DNA of 64,000 nucleotides from the IMG/VR virus record IMGVR_UViG_3300047545_000339, positions 37,214 through 101,213 of that record. One strand, written 5' to 3'. The notes below the pieces were generated by a model that did not search any database, had not been told where the DNA came from, and saw nothing but the letters and a program-made list of their open reading frames with translations. Shown here in pieces: positions 59,289 to 64,000 of the stretch. Origin of the DNA: a virus (Duplodnaviria; Caudoviricetes). The position numbers were made by a program, and so were the translations under genes. How positions within the stretch are numbered: the stretch's first letter is position 1; each line of letters opens with the position of its first letter.

Positions 59289-60547
59289 GCGGGACCGGGC
59301 CACTTTCCGCACATGCAAAAAACCCTTATATACCAACAACTTTTTAGATCATACTGCCTAACAAATAACATATAGCAAAAAACAAAATGAAAATAAAAAC
59401 AATAGGCAAGAAAACTCCTTTATTACCAACGGTTTTTAGGCTCGATACTTTTCTAGAAATGATTCTACTAATTCATTGGGCACATATGAATAAACTCTAG
59501 CGTCACCATCTGAATATTCTGAATAGTCTGCGAATTCTTCCATCGTCTCTATCTGGAATCTTCCACGGTATAGAAATGCTAACTCACTAGACTCTCCATG
59601 CACACAATAGTGTGAAGGACTATCTTGCACGCTTATGCTATCAGCCATTGGGTGATTGATTTTGATTCGATCATTGATCCAAAAGTATTTCACACTTCCT
59701 CCAAATAACGCAGGGTAGATCCAAGGAAGTCTAGCGCACTAGCCTTATTCTTGTCAAAAGAAAATGTGAATGCGTCTAGTTCATTGTTTAGATAGTTATA
59801 TACGTTTGCTGTATGTGAACCATTTTCCCAAACAATTTGCAAGGTAGGTGTATTGATTTGCATTAGTTAGCCTTCCATGTGTAGAGATAGTTTCCGTTTT
59901 CATCTTCGAATGGGCAACCGCTTTCCCATGCTCTTTGCCAATCTTGTGAGGCTTGATAGTCTGCACACGTTGGCTCATCTTGTGTTTCGATTGCACCTAC
60001 CGTCCCCATGATTAACAACATGAGAGCAGAGAACGCGAGCACCGCTACTGTGTTTCCACGCTTAGTTAGTTGCATTTACATACTCCCCACACTTGACGCA
60101 TTGACGCGAGACCTGATTATGGAAGGCACTCCAATTTACAGATAGAGTGACATGACGGCGGTTATCTGTGCAATACATTATGCCACGCTCATTTCTTTGA
60201 TAGACCAACCTGTATTGGTGCAACCTTGCAGAGTACCTTGCAGAATTGCGAGGGCAGTTTCGGCAGAGTGACACTCATAGGCAAACTCTTGGGTTAGACC
60301 TTCGGGGGATAGGGTTAGTATTCTCATTGATTGCATTTTATTTCCTTTGTTAGTTTGTTTATAGATTTATATTAACATGGGGGTCTGACAATTAGATCGA
60401 CCGCACCCATTTGCCATTTACATTTTCCCATGCCCCACAAGCAGGACATTCCATTGCGATACCTACAGGCTTGCCATGACCTTGGCAAGGTGTCTTTCGT
60501 TGTTTCATTTTATTACCTATCTACTAAGTTTGTGGGGGGAGAGGAAC

Positions 60548-60591
60548 GATTATTTGCTAGGCTCACCTTTCGGATTATTTGCTAGGCTCAC
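60548..60591. repeat. 19-bp perfect direct repeat x2 (GATTATTTGCTAGGCTCAC)
   Basis: Copies at 60548-60566 and 60573-60591, 6-nt linker. Confidence 0.9.
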
Positions 60592-61061
60592 GCTCTACTC
60601 TCTATTTATTTATAGTCTGAGACTACCATAGGGGGCTGACAATTGCAAGTCTATTTGTCATTTATTTGATAACGATTAAATAACGGTTATCGTTAGGTTT
60701 TCCCAAACCTCTTGAGCACAAGTGGAGCAGCGCTCACACATTGGGGTAGTCTTGACATTACCGTTAGGCAATACCTGAGAGACATTCTCTATCGCATTAT
60801 GACGAGTAGCAGAGGAGAGGCATAGGAAGCCATTGCATTTGATTGTATTGATAGTGAACATTTCTAACTTCTTTCTTTTTGTTTATCTTTTGTTATGTCT
60901 ACATACTAACATGGGGGTCTGACATTGACCGATAATAGGACACATTAGGCAACGATATCCGCAGATTAGGTGCTCGAAAAAAACTAATTCAGTTTTGTTT
61001 ATATCAAATAAAAAATTCTTTAGTTGAGTTTTATTTATTTTGCTACGGATTTCGTTGTTAT

Positions 61062-61081
61062 TTATTCACAAGTTATCCACA
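61062..61081 (+). promoter_or_regulatory. DnaA-box pair 2
   Basis: TTATTCACA 61062 and TTATCCACA 61073, 11-bp period. Confidence 0.65.
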
Positions 61082-61239
61082 AAAAAGTTGTCAAGTCGAC
61101 ACGCCGATATTTATGAAATTGTTATGTTGTGTGCTCACTAAGACAAATCGGACATTTGGTACAAAACATGCACCATACTCCACTGACACATATTAAACAA
61201 AACTTAAAATGAAAGTTGAATTAATGGTATAATTAAAAT

Positions 61240-61782
61240 ATGAAAACTTGCTCAAAATGTAAACTTTTGTTGCCTATAAATAAATTTTCCAAGGGTACAA
61301 ACCTTGGAGGTCTTTCATCTTATTGCAAAGATTGTTCTCATGAATATTATAAAAATAGATATAAAAGAAAAAAGAAAATTATGCACAAAACACAAACACA
61401 TAAACAGTGCAGGTTTTGTGAAAATATATTGCCTATAAATCAATTTCATAAAAAAGACAAAAGAAATAATAAAACAGAAACATATTGTAAAGAATGTAGA
61501 AGTTATCTTGGGCACGAAAGAGTTTTACACAGATACAAAATGACAATAGATCAATATATTACAATGTTAAAAGAACAAAACTATCAATGCAAAATTTGCG
61601 AGGGTACAGAAAATAAAAGACTGTCAGTTGATCACGATCATAACTGTTGTCCTGGTCAAACAACTTGTGGAAAATGTACAAGAGGTCTTCTTTGCTCTTA
61701 TTGTAATAAAACTTTGGGCTTAGCAAAAGATAACGAACAAATTTTGCAAAAAATGATAGACTATTTAAAGCAGTATAAATAA
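61240..61782 (+). CDS. Endonuclease VII-family HNH endonuclease
   Basis: Two N-terminal Zn fingers; 'CKIC...LSVDHDH.CC....CGKC.RGLLC..CN'; leaderless after TGGTATAAT. Confidence 0.88.
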   Translation: MKTCSKCKLLLPINKFSKGTNLGGLSSYCKDCSHEYYKNRYKRKKKIMHKTQTHKQCRFCENILPINQFHKKDKRNNKTETYCKECRSYLGHERVLHRYKMTIDQYITMLKEQNYQCKICEGTENKRLSVDHDHNCCPGQTTCGKCTRGLLCSYCNKTLGLAKDNEQILQKMIDYLKQYK

Positions 61783-61889
61783 AAAATAGCGGGTATAAAA
61801 AATTTTTAAACTTTGTAAAAACTCAGCGGTACAAAATAGTGAATAATAAATTTTGGTATAATAATGTTACAACTAAATAAGGAGTAAAT

Positions 61890-62114
61890 ATGTCAAAACA
61901 AACAAAAACAATGCTCAAATCATGGGGCAATGTATTCATGGCAGCAGTCATCACAGCATTAACAGTCGTTATTGTAGAAACAAAAACACTTGCTCTTGAT
62001 TGGCAGACAGCAGAAGCAGTCCTGATTGCAGGACTGGTTGCAGTATTGCCAGTTATCAAGAATTATTTCGACAAAAACGATCATCGCTATGGAAAAGGTG
62101 CTGACCAAGAGTGA
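61890..62114 (+). CDS. Putative holin
   Basis: 74 aa, two TM helices, charged C-terminus; AGGAG RBS. Confidence 0.65.
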   Translation: MSKQTKTMLKSWGNVFMAAVITALTVVIVETKTLALDWQTAEAVLIAGLVAVLPVIKNYFDKNDHRYGKGADQE

Positions 62115-62551
62115 CAGGTATCAAAGGGGTCTTTCGTAATCATTTGCGAGAGCGCCCCTTTGATTTTTATGTAGCATTTGTTTTATTTTTGTTGGGGGTA
62201 TGGGGATTCATAGATCCTACTTGGCCAGAATATTATGCTGATGGCGGAATGCTCATTCTTATGACAGTAATAAGTGTATATCTCATGATCTCTTCTTCAT
62301 TTATTATGGCATCACTTCTTTGTAAGCGCCAAAAGCACCCTGTATTGGCCTTGATGGGGGAAATGTATGGGTGGTTCTTTATTTCTGCTGCTGCAATTGC
62401 AACATCAATCGTATACTTGGTGGCTTTGTACCAAGGAGTGAATAATATTCTTGTTTGGGCAATATGGTTCTTTATTTGGTTGGGCATGGCTGTGTCTTCT
62501 GGAGTAAGGGCATTAGACCTTTTTAATTTTTATAGGAGTCTTAAAGGATAG
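62111..62551 (+). CDS. Four-TM membrane protein
   Basis: Four hydrophobic helices; GTGA-coupled to holin. Confidence 0.6.
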   Translation: MTGIKGVFRNHLRERPFDFYVAFVLFLLGVWGFIDPTWPEYYADGGMLILMTVISVYLMISSSFIMASLLCKRQKHPVLALMGEMYGWFFISAAAIATSIVYLVALYQGVNNILVWAIWFFIWLGMAVSSGVRALDLFNFYRSLKG

Positions 62552-62552
62552 A

Positions 62553-62924
62553 ATGGAAAGCCCTATCATTGTAGCGATCATAGGTGTACTTGCCGCCCCA
62601 GTTGCTGCATTCTTTACTTGGTTTGTCAATCGCAAAAAGCATATAGCGGATATTTATTCTGCCCTTGCTGAGTCATCACAATCTGCTGTTGAAACAATGC
62701 AGATGACCATGAACACTCTTCATGATGAACTTCTTGATGCTAAGTCTAAGATAGAAAATCTTCTTGAAGAAAATGAGTTATTGCGTCAGGGTCTGAACGA
62801 ACTCAAAGTACAAAATAGAATACTTCTAGAAGAGAACAAGGAACTAAGAACTAAGATAGATCAGATTGGATTGCAAATGAATAACTTTCATCCAAACGTA
62901 GATTCCTCCGAGAAGCAGTCATAA
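62553..62924 (+). CDS. Membrane-anchored coiled-coil protein (lysis-cassette associated)
   Basis: N-terminal TM followed by heptad repeats. Confidence 0.55.
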   Translation: MESPIIVAIIGVLAAPVAAFFTWFVNRKKHIADIYSALAESSQSAVETMQMTMNTLHDELLDAKSKIENLLEENELLRQGLNELKVQNRILLEENKELRTKIDQIGLQMNNFHPNVDSSEKQS

Positions 62925-63174
62925 CAGCGTGACAATTAGCACATCTCACTTCACACTTCTTTATTTCTTCTAGGATAGTGTTCCACGCATAATCACTTCT
63001 TATCAGATTTGATACGCTTGCTTTCTTATTATCGGCAATGTGGTCAAACTGCAATGCTTGTGCATGTTCTGCGTATCCGCAGTCGATGCACCCTTGTGCA
63101 GTTTTAATCATGCCTGCGAGTCTCCATTTTGCCGCTCTCTTTCTTGCTCGCGCCGACTTAAATGCGAAATTCAT
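62851..63174 (-). CDS. HNH endonuclease
   Basis: 'CIDCG...LQFDH...K...VS...EI.KCEVRCANCH'. Confidence 0.75.
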   Translation of the reverse strand: MNFAFKSARARKRAAKWRLAGMIKTAQGCIDCGYAEHAQALQFDHIADNKKASVSNLIRSDYAWNTILEEIKKCEVRCANCHAVMTASRRNLRLDESYSFAIQSDLS

Positions 63175-63865
63175 TCCATGCTCTTGTTGTGTGGGGATAG
63201 ATTTGGTGGAGCGTTGTGTTAATCGCTTTAGCATATTCTTGAATCTCATACTGGGCATCTTCCTTGTCGCGGAGACTTACAAAATGTAGTAGTGCATTGA
63301 GGCTTGCTGTCCATCGCCATCTAACATACATAGCGTATGCAGGTAGGAGCAGTCGTGCTTGTTCTGGGGCTACTCCATCTCTCAGCGCATCCTCATAATC
63401 CTTTATACCTCGCTCTACAGAGGCTCGTAAACGTTGTAAGCACTTCGCACCAGTCTCTGCGTTTACGGACTCCCCAGAGCCTTGTTTTTTATTTTCTGGG
63501 GCACTTCTCCATTGAGCAACGGTAGGGATATAGAATTGCTCCTTCTCAGTAATATATCTTCGAGAAGATTCATTCCAACCAAGTTGATCGTCCAAGTGGG
63601 AGGATGAAACAGCGTGCTTGTACCATTGTCTTGCTACCATCAAGGGAGCATAAATTTCAAAGGTAGAAACACAATGTCTTAAAGTAGAATCATGCTTATC
63701 TCTAACCAAGAAGTTGATAAGATTAATATCTTTATCACCAAGAGAAGAAACTTCTTTATCAAAACTAACTCTTGCAGCATTTACAACATCAAGATCAGAA
63801 CCCATATTGTTAACTAGTTTTACATAACCATGATCTAAAACAGAAATCAACTTAAACCCTTTCAT
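63158..63865 (-). CDS. thyX: Flavin-dependent thymidylate synthase
   Basis: 'VNAARVSF', 'H.S.L.H', 'P..VARQW..H', 'NESSRRY', 'PEQAR..LP', 'LR....AQ.EI'. Confidence 0.93.
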   Translation of the reverse strand: MKGFKLISVLDHGYVKLVNNMGSDLDVVNAARVSFDKEVSSLGDKDINLINFLVRDKHDSTLRHCVSTFEIYAPLMVARQWYKHAVSSSHLDDQLGWNESSRRYITEKEQFYIPTVAQWRSAPENKKQGSGESVNAETGAKCLQRLRASVERGIKDYEDALRDGVAPEQARLLLPAYAMYVRWRWTASLNALLHFVSLRDKEDAQYEIQEYAKAINTTLHQIYPHTTRAWNEFRI

Positions 63866-64000
63866 TTATCCCTCACTACGTTCGGGATCAGTATATCAAG
63901 AAGACAGACTTCACTTCTTCTCTTCTCTTATATATAAAGAAAAGTGTACACTACAAAAAATTCTTGTCAATACCTTTTTCCCTAAAAATTAATAAAATTG

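Larger units (their letters stand above)
57958..60861 (-). other. Array of tiny early-type genes: 57958-58161, 58161-58307, 58304-58393, 58422-58565, 58613-58852, 58885-59031, 59436-59693, 59863-60075, 60062-60178, 60178-60336, 60392-60508, 60676-60861
   Basis: 29-85 aa ORFs with GAAAGG/AAAGGA RBS or leaderless starts downstream of the TGTCAG promoters; several carry CxxC. Confidence 0.6.
54926..60924 (-). promoter_or_regulatory. Nine TGTCAG-N10-TANNNT promoters (PafBC/RecA-NDp-like)
   Basis: 22-bp sites at 54926, 56302, 58400, 58591, 58863, 59059, 60369, 60620, 60903 (plus-strand left ends), all minus strand, all with exact 10-nt spacing. Confidence 0.85.

Noticed and set aside
60548-60591. 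Direct repeat as a mini CRISPR array
   Set aside because: Only two 19-bp copies with a 6-nt linker, no spacer-length sequence and no cas operon.
1-64000. Stop-codon reassignment or a prophage integration module
   Set aside because: Long genes read through under the standard code and end at TAA, TAG or TGA; no integrase, repressor cassette or host flank is visible.

Overview
AT-rich dsDNA tailed-phage genome segment. WhiB, leaderless TGnTANNNT promoters, an actinophage-type endolysin and a DnaE/RecA/DnaB/primase/SSB/Cas4-like/RuvC block with the terminase detached from the head genes point to a large lytic actinobacteriophage; it resembles the Streptomyces BE/BK-type layout and may infect a low-GC freshwater actinobacterium (inference). 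Layout: 1-14.1 kb, tape measure C-terminus and minor tail genes; 14.1-28.6 kb, replication/recombination; 28.6-33.8 kb, transglycosylase, terminase, endolysin; 33.9-48.4 kb, accessory genes (dCMP deaminase, WhiB, glycosyl- and methyltransferases, pyrimidine-dimer glycosylase, heme oxygenase, 4 tRNAs); 48.4-61.2 kb, a leftward early-type arm of tiny genes with 2 tRNAs; then an endonuclease VII, holin-like membrane genes and thyX. The most unusual material is non-coding and lies in the leftward arm: (i) nine exact TGTCAG-N10-TANNNT promoters matching the actinobacterial PafBC/RecA-independent DNA-damage promoter, several abutting the previous gene's stop codon so that they head single-gene cassettes; (ii) two DnaA-box clusters; (iii) a run of stem-closed candidate small RNAs around tRNA-Asp, including a tRNA-like element; (iv) a twin-repeat RNA; (v) a dispersed ~90-bp module ending in CCGGG. 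All product calls come from motif recognition by eye; no database searches were run.
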